Shown here one piece after another: positions 47,249 to 57,048 of a stretch of DNA of 57,122 nucleotides. The translations under genes and the position numbers were made by a program. Every line of letters starts with the position of its first letter. Position 1 is the first letter of the stretch. A model generated the notes under the pieces. That model did no database searches. It had not been told where the DNA came from and saw only the letters and a program-made list of their open reading frames with translations. This stretch comes from Dehalococcoidia bacterium (GTDB lineage Bacteria > Chloroflexota > Dehalococcoidia > GIF9 > AB-539-J10), in assembly GCA_030665785.1 (NCBI GenBank), contig DAOUZA010000002.1:1-57122 (forward strand). Reading direction: 5' to 3'.

Positions 47249-47292
47249 CATGCTTTATGTCAACTTAATGAGCCTTAACTTTAAAGTAAATG

Positions 47293-47365
47293 TGGAGCTG
47301 ATGGGATTCGAACCCACTACCTCCTCAATGCCATTGAGGCGCTCTCCCAATTGAGCTACAGCCCC
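47293..47365 (-). tRNA. tRNA-Ala (anticodon GGC), 3' CCA not encoded
   Basis: GGGGCTG/CAGCTCC acceptor with G3:U70, anticodon loop ATGGCAT and T-loop TTCGAAT. Discriminator A is followed by CA in the genome. Confidence 0.9.
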
Positions 47366-47412
47366 ACAGCTAATTTAGCATAATGCTATAGGGAATTCAA
47401 TCGATAAAGATA

Positions 47413-47955
47413 ATGCCGGATAAAGATTATCAACTTAAAGTGCTCATCAGCAGAGAGGAAATAAAGAACACTGTAGTCAGATTAGCTAAGGAGATAAAAA
47501 AAGACTACCGCGGCAAGCAACCCCTGCTCATCGGCATCCTCAAAGGCTCCTTTGTGTTTATGGCCGACCTTACTCGCCAACTGGACTTGCCAATGGAAAT
47601 TGATTTCATTAAGCTCTCCAGCTATGGTGCTGCTACGAAGAGTTCGGGTAAAGTTAAAGTAGTTCAAGGACTCAAAACACCGATAAAAGGCAGAGATGTT
47701 TTGGTGATTGAGGATATTGTTGATACCGGGCTTACCATCTCTTTCTTGCTCAATTATTTGAGAAGGAAAAAGCCTGCTTCCTTAAAGCTTTGTGTCCTGA
47801 CCGATAAACCATCCCACCGCAAGACCTCAGTATCTATTGACTACCTCGGTTTCACCTTGCCCGATAAATTTATTGTTGGTTATGGGCTTGACCTAAATGA
47901 GAAATTTCGTAACTTACCAGACATATGCGTTTTAGAAGATGATGAATCTAGCTGA
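47413..47955 (+). CDS. hpt: Hypoxanthine-guanine phosphoribosyltransferase
   Basis: Motifs LIGILKGSFVFMADL and VLVIEDIVDTGLT. Confidence 0.9.
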   Translation: MPDKDYQLKVLISREEIKNTVVRLAKEIKKDYRGKQPLLIGILKGSFVFMADLTRQLDLPMEIDFIKLSSYGAATKSSGKVKVVQGLKTPIKGRDVLVIEDIVDTGLTISFLLNYLRRKKPASLKLCVLTDKPSHRKTSVSIDYLGFTLPDKFIVGYGLDLNEKFRNLPDICVLEDDESS

Positions 47956-49642
47956 ACTTATTTCCGTGGCTAGAGGAGATTCTCTACCAGATTTGTTACT
48001 AAAGAACGCCCACATCATAAACACTTTCATCGGCGAGATAGAGCAAGGCAACGTAGCTATTTACGATGGCAAGATTGCTGGGATTGGAGATTACACCGAT
48101 GCGAAGGAAATCATTGATCTGGAAGGCAAATACTTATCTCCAGGGTTAATCGATGGGCATATCCATATTGAGAGCTCCATGCTTCATCCCGCCCGATATG
48201 CTCAAGCGGTAATCCCTAGAGGAATTTTAGCTTCAGTTACCGACCTCCACGAACTCGCCAATGTGTGCGGTATCCAAGGCATAAAATTCGTCACTGAGTG
48301 GGCACAAAACTTGCCCATGGACATATTCTTCATGGCTCCTTCCTGCGTGCCATCAACTTCTCTTGAGACATCAGGTGCCAGAATAAGTGTAGCAGAAATA
48401 AAGCAAATCCTTACTCTGCAAAACGTTATTGGTTTGGGTGAAATGATGAATTTCCCTGGCGTTATAAATGGTGATAACGAGATATTATGTAAAATTAGTG
48501 CTGCCCAGGGAAAAATAATTGACGGACATGCCCCGGGAGTCAGCGGGAAAAAGCTCAATGCCTATAAGGCAGCAGGAATCCTGTCCGACCACGAGTGCAC
48601 TACACTTAAGGAGGGCAGAGAAAGGCTAAAACGGGGAATGTATCTCATGATTAGAGAAGGCTCCTCAGAGAAGAACCTAGATACCCTCTTGCCACTAATT
48701 AATGACAATACTTATAAAAGATGTTTTTTTGTAGTAGATGACCGCAGTTGTTCCGACTTGTTCCGAGAAGGTGACATCGACGCCGTGGTAAGGAAAGCTA
48801 TCAACCACGGACTGGAGCCAATCCGAGCCTTGCAATTGGCTACCATAAACACCGCGGAGTATTTCCGACTCGGTGACTGTGGTGCCATTGCCCCAGGCTA
48901 CTTGGCTAATCTTATCACCATCACGGAACTCCCCACGTTAAAAATAGATATGGTGTTTTATAAAGGCAAGCTGGTGGCTAAACAGGGTAAATGTTTATTC
49001 CCCATACCACAGATCATACCTGAATTGACAAATACAGTGCATATCAAGAAACCGCTTACCATTGAGCAACTCAACCTAACTGTCAACAACGAAACTCAGC
49101 CAGTTATCGAAATCGTCCCAGGGCAAATAATTACCAGAAAAAGGTTGGAAAGGGTGAAAATTGAGCAAGGGATAGTGGTGCCTGATATCGAAAAGGATAT
49201 CCTAAAGCTTGTAGTCGTGGAAAGACACAAAGCTAGCGGAAATGTTGGGGTGGGATTAGTCAAAGGCTTTGGCTTGAAGAAAGGAGCTTTAGCCTCATCA
49301 ATAGCCCACGATTCCCATAATATAATAGCTGTGGGCACTAACGATGCCGACATCCTCACTGCAGTTGAGGAGATAGAAAATTTACAGGGTGGACTTGTCG
49401 TCTGCACCGCTGGAAAGGTCATAGCCTCCTTGCCACTGCCTATCGCTGGACTACTCTCCCCTGAGTCTCTGGAAACAGTCGTAGCTCAATTTGAACAAGT
49501 AGAAAAATCTGCTGCCAACCTGGGCAGTTTGCCTCCGACACCTTTTTCCATCCTTTCCTTTCTCGCCTTACCAGTGATTCCTGAATTGAGGCTGACTGAT
49601 TTGGGATTGGTGGATGTCGCAGCGTTTAAGCTGATGAAGTAG
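47939..49642 (+). CDS. ade: Adenine deaminase
   Basis: Motifs GLIDGHIHIESSM, IDGHAPG and IAHDSHNIIAVG. Confidence 0.85.
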   Translation: MMNLAELISVARGDSLPDLLLKNAHIINTFIGEIEQGNVAIYDGKIAGIGDYTDAKEIIDLEGKYLSPGLIDGHIHIESSMLHPARYAQAVIPRGILASVTDLHELANVCGIQGIKFVTEWAQNLPMDIFFMAPSCVPSTSLETSGARISVAEIKQILTLQNVIGLGEMMNFPGVINGDNEILCKISAAQGKIIDGHAPGVSGKKLNAYKAAGILSDHECTTLKEGRERLKRGMYLMIREGSSEKNLDTLLPLINDNTYKRCFFVVDDRSCSDLFREGDIDAVVRKAINHGLEPIRALQLATINTAEYFRLGDCGAIAPGYLANLITITELPTLKIDMVFYKGKLVAKQGKCLFPIPQIIPELTNTVHIKKPLTIEQLNLTVNNETQPVIEIVPGQIITRKRLERVKIEQGIVVPDIEKDILKLVVVERHKASGNVGVGLVKGFGLKKGALASSIAHDSHNIIAVGTNDADILTAVEEIENLQGGLVVCTAGKVIASLPLPIAGLLSPESLETVVAQFEQVEKSAANLGSLPPTPFSILSFLALPVIPELRLTDLGLVDVAAFKLMK

Positions 49643-49659
49643 CCTGACGCAGAGCAGCC

Positions 49660-51006
49660 TTACTTCTCCCTTGTCGCCCATAATGGAGAGGCTTCAAAGG
49701 ACTCACCACTTAACTTGGCTCGCAACGTTTTATCAAGCTCTTCTATGGGCACCCGAATCTGCGCCAGGCTATCCCTATCCCTGATGGTGACCTGGCGGTC
49801 CTCCAGAGACTCAAAATCCACGGTAACACAGAACGGCGTGCCAATTTCATCTTGACGCCGGTATCTTCGCCCAATACTTTGAGAATCATCATACCAAGTC
49901 ATGAAGCTAGGGCGCAGCTGCTTATAAATTTCCTTGGCTAAAGGAGTCAACTTTTCGTTCCTACTTAAAGGTAAAACGGCTATCTTTATAGGCGCCAGAG
50001 AAGGGTGAAGACGCAAAACTACCCTTGTTTCCCCTTCCACTACCTCCTCTTGATAGGCATCGATGAGGAAAGCTAAAGAAGAACGCTCAACGCCAGCCGA
50101 AGGCTCAATAATGTAAGGAATATAACGTTGCCCGCTCTCATTGTCATAATAGCTGAGGTCTCTACCACTAAACTTGGTATGCTGAGTCAGGTCATAATCT
50201 CCGCGATTGGCAATGCCCTCCAGTTCCGACCATCCCATGGGGAATAAATACTCAACGTCATAGCAATCTTTAGCATAATGAGCTAGCTCTCCTTTGCCAT
50301 GCTGTCGCAAGCGGAGATTTTCCTTTCTGATGCCAAGATTGGTATACCAGTTAAACCGTTCCCCTACCCAATAATCGAACCAATGCTTATCTTCATCTGG
50401 CTTTACAAAGTATTCCAGCTCCATATGCTCAAACTCTCTAGTCCTGAAGATAAAATTGCCCGGGGTAATTTCATTGCGAAACGACTTACCAATCTGTGCA
50501 ATGCCCAAAGGCAATTTCTTCCTCGAAATGGTTACCGCATTCTCAAAATTGACAAACATCCCCTGGGCAGTTTCAGGACGAAGATAAATAGTGTCTGCTT
50601 CATCCTCCACAGGACCCATAAAGGTCTTGAACATCAGATTAAACATACGAGGTTCAGTTAGCTCCCCTCCACACTTGGGACACTTATTGTTACCTATTTC
50701 AGTAGCCTTCCATCTCAGATAACATGACTTACACTCCACCAAGGGGTCGGTAAAACTATCGATGTGTCCGCTTGCCTCCCAAACTTTGGGATGCATCATG
50801 ATGCTCGTCTCCAGACCAACCACATCATCTCGCTCCTGGACCATAGTCCTCCACCAGGCATCTTTAATATTACGTTTAAGTTCCACCCCCATAGGTCCAT
50901 AATCCCAGCAACTAGCCAGCCCACCGTAGATTTCACTGCTGGGAAAAACAAAGCCCCTCCGCTTGCACAAAGAAACAATTTTCTCCATATTCACATTGCT
51001 ACTCAT
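49660..51006 (-). CDS. glyQS: Glycine--tRNA ligase (single-chain dimeric class II type)
   Basis: Motifs RGFVFPSSEIYGG, YLRPETAQG, FRNEITP and EPSAGVERS. Confidence 0.95.
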   Translation of the reverse strand: MSSNVNMEKIVSLCKRRGFVFPSSEIYGGLASCWDYGPMGVELKRNIKDAWWRTMVQERDDVVGLETSIMMHPKVWEASGHIDSFTDPLVECKSCYLRWKATEIGNNKCPKCGGELTEPRMFNLMFKTFMGPVEDEADTIYLRPETAQGMFVNFENAVTISRKKLPLGIAQIGKSFRNEITPGNFIFRTREFEHMELEYFVKPDEDKHWFDYWVGERFNWYTNLGIRKENLRLRQHGKGELAHYAKDCYDVEYLFPMGWSELEGIANRGDYDLTQHTKFSGRDLSYYDNESGQRYIPYIIEPSAGVERSSLAFLIDAYQEEVVEGETRVVLRLHPSLAPIKIAVLPLSRNEKLTPLAKEIYKQLRPSFMTWYDDSQSIGRRYRRQDEIGTPFCVTVDFESLEDRQVTIRDRDSLAQIRVPIEELDKTLRAKLSGESFEASPLWATREK

Positions 51007-51158
51007 TTCACTCCTGAAGTATGTAGCTTACCAATTTTGCCCACAAGCGTCAAAGGGGAAAGCTATGTTATAATTAGTTTTAATAATGAATATAGTATAT
51101 CTGCCCAGGTTATTAATTAAGATGACTACTAGATAGCAAGAATGGTAGAGAGAAGGCT

Positions 51159-53828
51159 ATGGAAAGGCTAAAGTTGTTTTTTAATCCTGAGAGTATAGCT
51201 CTAATAGGAGCTACAGATAGGGAAGGGACAGTAGGAAAAATAATTCTAGAAAATCTATTGCTGGCTAAGGATAAGCGTAAAATATATCCCGTAAATCCCA
51301 ATAGAGAAAAAGTACTCGACACAAAATGTTATCCTAAGATAAGTTCTATACCTGAACTCCCTGATCTTGCCATCATTGTCATCCCCGCTGAAAGCGTTCC
51401 AGATTTAGTTGAAGAAAGTGGCAAAGCTGGTGTTAAAGCTATTATCGCCATCTCCGCCGGGTTTAAGGAGATAGGAACAGAGGGAAAAGCGCGCGAGGAT
51501 AGAATAGCAAACATAGCCAGCAAATATAATATTAGGATAATGGGGCCTAATTGCATGGGTGTAATTAGACCTAGTGCTAATTTGAATACAACATTCACTA
51601 CCAGAATACCTAAACCTGGACATGTGGCTTTCTTGTCACAAAGCGGCGCACTAGGCTCTGCCGTCCTCGATTGGGCAATCAGTAAAGGTATTGGCTTTAG
51701 CGCCTTTGTTTCGCTGGGCTCTATGCTAGATGTGAACTTTGGAGATCTAATAGATTACTTTGGTGAGGATCCTGAGACCAGAAGCATAATTATATACTTA
51801 GAATCCATAGGAAACGCCAAACACTTTATGAGCGCAGCTAGAGGTTTCGCTAGAACAAAGCCGATAATCATGTTAAAGGCGGGAAGGTTCCAAGAAAGTG
51901 TCAAGGCAGCCAAGTCCCATACAGGAGCTATGGTACGAGAGGATTCGTACTACGATGCTATTTTTCATAGAGCTGGTGTCGTGAGAGTAGAGGAAATTGA
52001 GGACCTTTTCAACTGCGCTTCTATATTGAACACCGCTCAGCTACCTAAAGGATCAAATTTAGCTATAATAACCAATGCTGGTGGCCCAGCAGTATTAGCC
52101 ATAGATACCTTGATAAGCAGAGGCGGCAAGCTAGCTCAGCTCAGCGAAGGAACGCTTACCAATTTGAATGGGTTTTTACCTTCCAATTGGAGTAAATCTA
52201 ATCCTATCGATATTCTTGGAGATTCAGATTCCCAAAGATATGCGAAAACTATTGAGGCTACTATCAAAGACCCTGGAGTTGATGGTGTCCTGGTTATATA
52301 CACACCGCAAGGCGGAGCTAGTCCCATTGAAGCAGCAAAGGCTATTATCAAGCACGCTAAAAGTAATAAGCCTATTCTGACTACGTGGATGGGCGATAAA
52401 GAAGTAACTAAGGCAAGGCAGTCATTCTTTGAAAGCGGAATTCCCGCTTATGAATTTCCTGAAGAAGCAATTAAAACATATCTATATATGTATCAATATG
52501 CTCGTAATCTAGCGTCATTATATGAAACCCCTGAAGAATTACCACTAGATATGGGGCCTTCCAAAAATTATCTCAAAACACTCATTCGCAGGACAGTGAG
52601 GATGAAGAGAACAGTTTTGAGTGAGGAAGATTCAAAAAAGTTCCTGACAACGTATGGGATCTCCTCCACAACTCCATCTGTAGCTAGAGATGCTAAAGAT
52701 GCTGCCAGAATAGCCTCACAGAGCGGATATCCAGTGGTAATGAAAATATCATCTCCTGAGATAGCCCATAAATCAGACGTCGGGGGAGTTATGCTAAATA
52801 TTTCCTCCGCTGATGAGGTACAAAAGGCATTTAGTGAGATAATGGAAACTGTCAGTAAGCACAAACCTGACGCCAAAATCGAAGGGGTCAGTGTGCAGAA
52901 GATGATTACAAATTATGATTACGAACTTATTGTCGGGAGTAAAAAGGACCCAATTTTCGGTCCTGTGATAATGTTTGGCCTCGGAGGAATAGAGGCAGAG
53001 TTCTTTAAAGACATTGCGGTAGGATTACCTCCCCTAAATCAAGTATTAGCTAGAAGACTGTTAGAACAAACTCAGATTTATAAAATGTTATCCCAAGGAT
53101 TCAGAACCAGACCGCCTGCTAACTTACGACTGTTGGAGGAGACTTTAGTAAAGTTCTCAAACTTGCTCATCGATTTTCCAGAGATAGCAGAAATTGATAT
53201 TAATCCATTAATTGTGACTAGTAATGCTGCTATTGCTCTAGATGCAAGGATAATTCTTGATGAAGAGGCAATACAAAAAAGAATACATGAATATGCCCAT
53301 TTGATAATATCTCCCTATCCAACTAGATATGTCCAGCCGTGGAGCTGTAGGGATGGAAGAGTTGTATTATTAAGACCCATCAGGCCTGAGGATGAATTAC
53401 TCGAGAGAGAACTTATAGAAGGTCTATCAGAAGAATCTATGAGACATAGATTTTTCCACCTGATTAAATACATAACGCATGACATGCTCACCAGGTTCTG
53501 CAACATTGACTATGACCGGGAGATGGCCATGGTAGCTGAGTATACCTCAAATGGCAAGAGAAGGAACGTGGGGGTTGCAAGAGTGGTGATTGAACCTAGT
53601 GGCGAAGCAGGTGAATTCGCTGTTTTAGTGGCTGATGATTTCCAACATTGTGGTTTAGGGCTAAAACTCTCTGATATGTTGATAGGTGTAGCTCATGAGA
53701 AAGGGCTAAAGAGTATCTATGGAATAGTGTTAAGCGACAACACGAGAATGTTAGGATTGGCTAAAAAACTCGGTTTCAAGACCCAGAGTTATTACGGAGA
53801 TGAAACCAAAATAATCTTGGAACTCTAG
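51159..53828 (+). CDS. Pat-like protein: ADP-forming acyl-CoA synthetase-like domains fused to a C-terminal GNAT acetyltransferase
   Basis: CoA-binding/succinyl-CoA-synthetase-like N-terminus (SIALIGAT..., GPNCMG), an ATP-grasp part, and a C-terminal GNAT (FAVLVADDFQHCGLGLKL). Length 889 aa. Confidence 0.85.
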   Translation: MERLKLFFNPESIALIGATDREGTVGKIILENLLLAKDKRKIYPVNPNREKVLDTKCYPKISSIPELPDLAIIVIPAESVPDLVEESGKAGVKAIIAISAGFKEIGTEGKAREDRIANIASKYNIRIMGPNCMGVIRPSANLNTTFTTRIPKPGHVAFLSQSGALGSAVLDWAISKGIGFSAFVSLGSMLDVNFGDLIDYFGEDPETRSIIIYLESIGNAKHFMSAARGFARTKPIIMLKAGRFQESVKAAKSHTGAMVREDSYYDAIFHRAGVVRVEEIEDLFNCASILNTAQLPKGSNLAIITNAGGPAVLAIDTLISRGGKLAQLSEGTLTNLNGFLPSNWSKSNPIDILGDSDSQRYAKTIEATIKDPGVDGVLVIYTPQGGASPIEAAKAIIKHAKSNKPILTTWMGDKEVTKARQSFFESGIPAYEFPEEAIKTYLYMYQYARNLASLYETPEELPLDMGPSKNYLKTLIRRTVRMKRTVLSEEDSKKFLTTYGISSTTPSVARDAKDAARIASQSGYPVVMKISSPEIAHKSDVGGVMLNISSADEVQKAFSEIMETVSKHKPDAKIEGVSVQKMITNYDYELIVGSKKDPIFGPVIMFGLGGIEAEFFKDIAVGLPPLNQVLARRLLEQTQIYKMLSQGFRTRPPANLRLLEETLVKFSNLLIDFPEIAEIDINPLIVTSNAAIALDARIILDEEAIQKRIHEYAHLIISPYPTRYVQPWSCRDGRVVLLRPIRPEDELLERELIEGLSEESMRHRFFHLIKYITHDMLTRFCNIDYDREMAMVAEYTSNGKRRNVGVARVVIEPSGEAGEFAVLVADDFQHCGLGLKLSDMLIGVAHEKGLKSIYGIVLSDNTRMLGLAKKLGFKTQSYYGDETKIILEL

Positions 53829-54126
53829 CAAGAGGGAGAGCTTCTTTAGTAGCTTACTTTTATCGCTCCAATTTCTCCAAACGTTATTTTGAGCAAAGCG
53901 AAGAATCTAGAGACCCTTCATTGTCATTCAGAGTTTTTTGCTGAAGTTCGAGATTTTTGCTTCATCCAGAAGAATTAGAATCATACTATACTGCAGGTGA
54001 AAGTTACCGGACACATAGTTGACCCTAAAAGAAAAATAATGTAAAATTGCGTCGTCTCGAAATACAGCAACTCGTTAGTTATGACTTGGTACGCTAAAGG
54101 CGAGGAAATTAAAAAGGAGGTGTCAC

Positions 54127-55335
54127 ATGGATTTCGACTTTACTGAGGAGCAAAGGATGTTCAGGGATGGCCTTCGAGACTTCATGCAGCGGGAATATGC
54201 CCCCATAGTTGATAAAAGGGACAGAGAAGGGCCATTTACTAGAGAAGAGGAAATAGAGATAAATAAGAAATTCCAGACGCTAGGAATCGGGCTTGACCCA
54301 GAAGGCATAAAGGCACTGCTAGATCCGGTGTTATTCGCGATATTGGCAGAAGAAGTGTCGAAGGTATGGACAAGTTTATTACCTCTTCCCGGTATGGGTT
54401 CTATTCCGGCACTTTTTATCCCCTTAGCCTCTGATGATGTCAAAGGCAGGTTGCTCCCCAGGCTTGAAAGTGGAGAGTTCGTGGGAGCCTTTGCCGAGAC
54501 CGAGCCAGAGGCAGGATGTGATACCCGAGACATTCAAACCACTGCCAAGCTCGACGGAGACTATTATATCGTTAACGGCACAAAAACCTGGATAAGCAAT
54601 GCCGTAACTTGCGATACAGCGTTTGTAGGGGTAAAAGATCCCCAAACAGGAGCACAGACCTTCCTCCTGATAGAGAAAGAGGTTTCCCCATGGGAGACAA
54701 GCCCGCTACATAAGCTAGGTTGGAATGCTTCAGACACTGGAGAGATGTTCTTTGACAACTGTAAAGTTCCCAAAGAGAATGAGATGGGTGCCATAATGAA
54801 AAGTGCTTTTGAAAAGGGCCAGGCTTTACCAATGTCGGAGGGATTTGCGAAATTGCTTACTGTATTGACACCAACCACCGCACTGCTTACACTGCCCAGA
54901 GCGGGAATGGCACTGATGTCAGTTGGAATAGGTCAAGCAGCTTTCGAAGCTTCAGTAAACTACGCTAAGGAAAGAGTTACCTTCGGCAAACCTATCGGCA
55001 AACACCAACTGATTCAGAACATGCTCTATGAAATGGATCTTTTAATCGAGACATCAAGGCTTTTGGGATATAAAGCTGTTGATGCAATTAACAGAGGAGA
55101 CCCTGATGCCAGAAGACTTTCATCAATGTCTAAGGTATATGCCGGTGAATCTGCGGTCAAGGTAACTTACCACGCAATACAGATTCACGGTGCGAATGGA
55201 CTTTCCCAGGAGTTGCCTCTAGAGAGATACTTCAGGGATGCCAGAATGATGGTAGTTCCCGATGGCACAAGTGAGATGATGAAGTTAATAAGTGGTTACT
55301 GCATCCTGGGTAAGGGATTTTCAGCATACGCTTAG
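54127..55335 (+). CDS. Acyl-CoA dehydrogenase family protein, atypical active-site position
   Basis: Motifs FAETEPEAGCD and TWISNA. The C-terminal motif reads RDARMMVVPDGTSEMM, with D where canonical ACADs have the YEGT Glu. Confidence 0.8.
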   Translation: MDFDFTEEQRMFRDGLRDFMQREYAPIVDKRDREGPFTREEEIEINKKFQTLGIGLDPEGIKALLDPVLFAILAEEVSKVWTSLLPLPGMGSIPALFIPLASDDVKGRLLPRLESGEFVGAFAETEPEAGCDTRDIQTTAKLDGDYYIVNGTKTWISNAVTCDTAFVGVKDPQTGAQTFLLIEKEVSPWETSPLHKLGWNASDTGEMFFDNCKVPKENEMGAIMKSAFEKGQALPMSEGFAKLLTVLTPTTALLTLPRAGMALMSVGIGQAAFEASVNYAKERVTFGKPIGKHQLIQNMLYEMDLLIETSRLLGYKAVDAINRGDPDARRLSSMSKVYAGESAVKVTYHAIQIHGANGLSQELPLERYFRDARMMVVPDGTSEMMKLISGYCILGKGFSAYA

Positions 55336-55494
55336 AGAAGCTGAAGTGTGATACCCTCTTCTTCGGAGAATAAAAAAGGGGGACAGTTCCAGTCCGCGGT
55401 AACACGGAGGGGTGGATTTCATCAATCATAGAAGACGTGAATTCTATGGCATGATTGCAGAGTCATAGAAATTCTCCGTAGAATCGTAATTAGA

Positions 55495-56130
55495 GTGATA
55501 ACCAGGAAAGTAAAATTTCCCTGTGGTGAGCTTTTCCTAGAGGGCATACTAGGCATACCTGAAGATACAGAGCCATTTCCCACAGTGATAATCTGTCATC
55601 CTCACCCGCTCTTCGGCGGCAGTATGGATAATAATGTGGTAGTCAGCGTCTTTGAAGCGCTCGTCCGAAAATCGCTCATCCCCCTCAAGTTTAACTTCCG
55701 TGGCGTAGGTGAAAGCCAAGGCGAGTTTAATCACGGAATTGGCGAACGAGAGGATGTCAGAGCAGCGATCGCCTTTGTGACTTCAGTGAAGGAAATAGAT
55801 TCACAAAGGATTGGACTCGTTGGCTATTCAGCCGGTGCTGGCTTCGCTTTGCCTGCTTGCTTCAATGACGCCCAGGTTAAAGCCCTGGCAGCAATTTCCC
55901 CACCACTTGATATGTTTGATTTCCAGTTCCTTAAAGCTTGCTCCAAGCCCAAGTTTCTTCTCTCCGGGAGCGAGGACAATTTCACCCCTCCAACTCAATT
56001 CCTCAAATTCTGTCAAAGTCTTCCCACACCCAAGAAATGCGAGAGCATTGAGGGTGCAGACCACTTCTGGTGGGGATATGAATCAACCGTCGCCACAAAA
56101 GTAGCTGCCTTCTTTAATGAAGCACTATAA
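55495..56130 (+). CDS. Alpha/beta hydrolase (COG2945-like)
   Basis: Motifs CHPHPLFGGSMDNNVV and nucleophile elbow GYSAGA. GTG start. Confidence 0.65.
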   Translation: MITRKVKFPCGELFLEGILGIPEDTEPFPTVIICHPHPLFGGSMDNNVVVSVFEALVRKSLIPLKFNFRGVGESQGEFNHGIGEREDVRAAIAFVTSVKEIDSQRIGLVGYSAGAGFALPACFNDAQVKALAAISPPLDMFDFQFLKACSKPKFLLSGSEDNFTPPTQFLKFCQSLPTPKKCESIEGADHFWWGYESTVATKVAAFFNEAL

Positions 56131-56861
56131 TGCAAAAGCTCATTGACGGCGCTCAGAAGCTTGGCATAAATCTCAGTGACAAGCAGATAACCCAGTTCAA
56201 GCTTTACTATCAAGAACTGGTGAGTTGGAACAAGAAGTTTAACCTCACCACGATAACAGATTATCAGGAAGTGCAGACAAAACATTTCCTTGATTCGTTA
56301 ACTGTGATTTTGGCTTTGACAGAAGAGGAATTAAGACAGCCTGGATTCAGCATTATCGACATAGGCACCGGCGCCGGCTTCCCTGGCATACCACTTAAGG
56401 TTTTTCTTACCCAATCGAGATTAGTGCTTCTTGATTCCAAGGCTAAGAAGGCGACTTTCCTTCATCATGTTATCGACCAACTGGAATTAGACTATGTAGA
56501 GGTAGTAGTTGGCAGAGCTGAGGAAATAGCCCACCAGCCACTATTCCGTGAAAATTTCACCTTGGTTGTCTCCCGCGCTGTGGCTTCACTACCCGCACTA
56601 GTGGAACTAGCATTGCCTTTCTGTCACATTGGGGGAAAATTCGTAGCTCAGAAGAAAGGCGAAGTCGAGCAGGAAATAGTAGAGGCAAGTAAATCCATTG
56701 ACGTTTTGGGGGGGAAACTGAACCAGGTGAAGAAAGTAGAGCTGGAAGAACTTAGCGACAGGCGTTATCTGGTAATCATTGATAAAATATGTCCCTCGCC
56801 GGAAAAATATCCACGGCGTGCCGGCACACCAGCGAGACGTCCAATCATAGGAGGTAAATAG
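56130..56861 (+). CDS. rsmG: 16S rRNA (guanine527-N7)-methyltransferase
   Basis: Motifs WNKKFNLT and DIGTGAGFPGIPLK. Confidence 0.9.
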   Translation: MQKLIDGAQKLGINLSDKQITQFKLYYQELVSWNKKFNLTTITDYQEVQTKHFLDSLTVILALTEEELRQPGFSIIDIGTGAGFPGIPLKVFLTQSRLVLLDSKAKKATFLHHVIDQLELDYVEVVVGRAEEIAHQPLFRENFTLVVSRAVASLPALVELALPFCHIGGKFVAQKKGEVEQEIVEASKSIDVLGGKLNQVKKVELEELSDRRYLVIIDKICPSPEKYPRRAGTPARRPIIGGK

Positions 56862-56865
56862 AGAT

Positions 56866-57048
56866 GTGGCGCAGAAAGTCCTGGAGATTCTACTTGGTTT
56901 GCCGCCCTTCGGTTTCTATTTTCACGGGATAAGCCCCTTCCCAAGTAAAGAGGAATACCTCAGTATGCTTGAGGATTATAAGAGGGAATTAGAGGAAGAA
57001 CTAAAGGAGGTGGAAAGGGAAATCGAGGAGCCAAAAAAGGGCCGTTAA
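56866..57048 (+). CDS. Small coiled-coil protein (DUF5320-like C-terminus); start uncertain
   Basis: PFPSKEEYLSMLEDYKRELEEELKEVEREIEE. The GGAGG at 56850-56854 is better spaced for an out-of-frame ATG at 56864, which gives only 22 aa. The start and frame therefore remain uncertain. Confidence 0.4.
   Translation: MAQKVLEILLGLPPFGFYFHGISPFPSKEEYLSMLEDYKRELEEELKEVEREIEEPKKGR

Noticed and set aside
51007-51158. Possible T-box leaders upstream of glyQS (and of metG at 46397..46585)
   Set aside because: No T-box consensus (…GGTGGTACCGCG…) or specifier/antiterminator architecture is present. The glyQS leader is too short (about 150 nt, shared with a divergent gene).
53890-53933. GAGCAAAGCGAAGAATCT-AGAGACCCTTCATTGTCATTCAGAG, reminiscent of a widespread small palindromic intergenic repeat
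   Set aside because: Arm complementarity is poor when paired base by base. Only one degenerate copy exists in the window, and it is not followed by a convincing terminator or flanked by duplications.
56864-56932. Possible programmed frameshift linking the well-positioned ATG at 56864 (22-aa frame) to the 60-aa coiled-coil frame
   Set aside because: No slippery heptamer or downstream structure is evident. A simple GTG start at 56866 or a sequencing indel explains it equally well.
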